Assembly (NCBI GenBank): GCA_038064955.1
Contig: JBBTRY010000009.1
Coordinates: 1 to 32,092, forward strand
Direction of reading: 5' to 3'
DNA: 32,092 nucleotides
DNA from: Patescibacteria group bacterium
GTDB lineage: Bacteria > Patescibacteriota > Minisyncoccia > UBA6257 > GWB1-50-10
Positions 32,091 through 32,092 of this stretch are shown here, one piece after another. A program made the position numbers and the translations under genes. Position 1 is the first letter of the stretch. The number at the start of each line of letters is the position of its first letter. Under the pieces are notes generated by a model. The model searched no databases, was not told the origin of the DNA, and worked only from the letters and a program-made list of their open reading frames with translations.

Positions 32091-32092
32091 TT

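Noticed and set aside
1-32092. CRISPR arrays, transposases or IS ends, integrases, toxin-antitoxin or other defense modules, and alternative genetic code (UGA recoding).
   Set aside because: No regularly spaced direct repeats and no mobile or defense protein signatures appear in any frame. All conserved genes are intact under the standard code, and rpsC ends with TGA.

Overview
The window is a compact, mostly minus-strand housekeeping locus. The translated ORFs show a complete str/S10/spc ribosomal-protein supercluster: rpsL-rpsG-fusA-tuf-rpsJ-rplC...rplO-secY-adk-map. It is flanked by dprA-topA, tRNA-Ile/tRNA-Ala, a PilO-like membrane gene pair, rpmB-tRNA-Pro, dnaG-rpoD, obg, two RNA methyltransferases, a DEDD exonuclease and a 5'-truncated multicopper oxidase. 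Several traits are consistent with a small-genome Patescibacteria/CPR-like bacterium, though this is inference and not diagnostic. These traits are the missing rpmD (L30), tight gene packing, short or extended r-proteins, AT-rich intergenic DNA against roughly 50% GC coding DNA, and standard code with TGA stops. I see no CRISPR array, transposase, defense system or toxin-antitoxin pair. The least explained signal is a small family of C-rich palindromes with core CCC(C)[G/C]CAC. Their 12-19 nt arms enclose 70-79 nt AT-rich spacers. They sit in the only large gaps of the otherwise contiguous r-protein operon (rpsH/rplF and rpsC/rplP) and across the start of a TrmH-family gene, with half-sites in two further intergenic regions. 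Other points worth a second look are a 140-aa L3 missing an internal segment, a canonical terminator hairpin between rpsJ and rplC, a free-standing tRNA-Ile/Ala pair with a GC-rich structured leader, a tRNA-Pro with an odd anticodon loop, a Lys-rich N-terminus on RpoD, and a secreted 11-mer-repeat protein.
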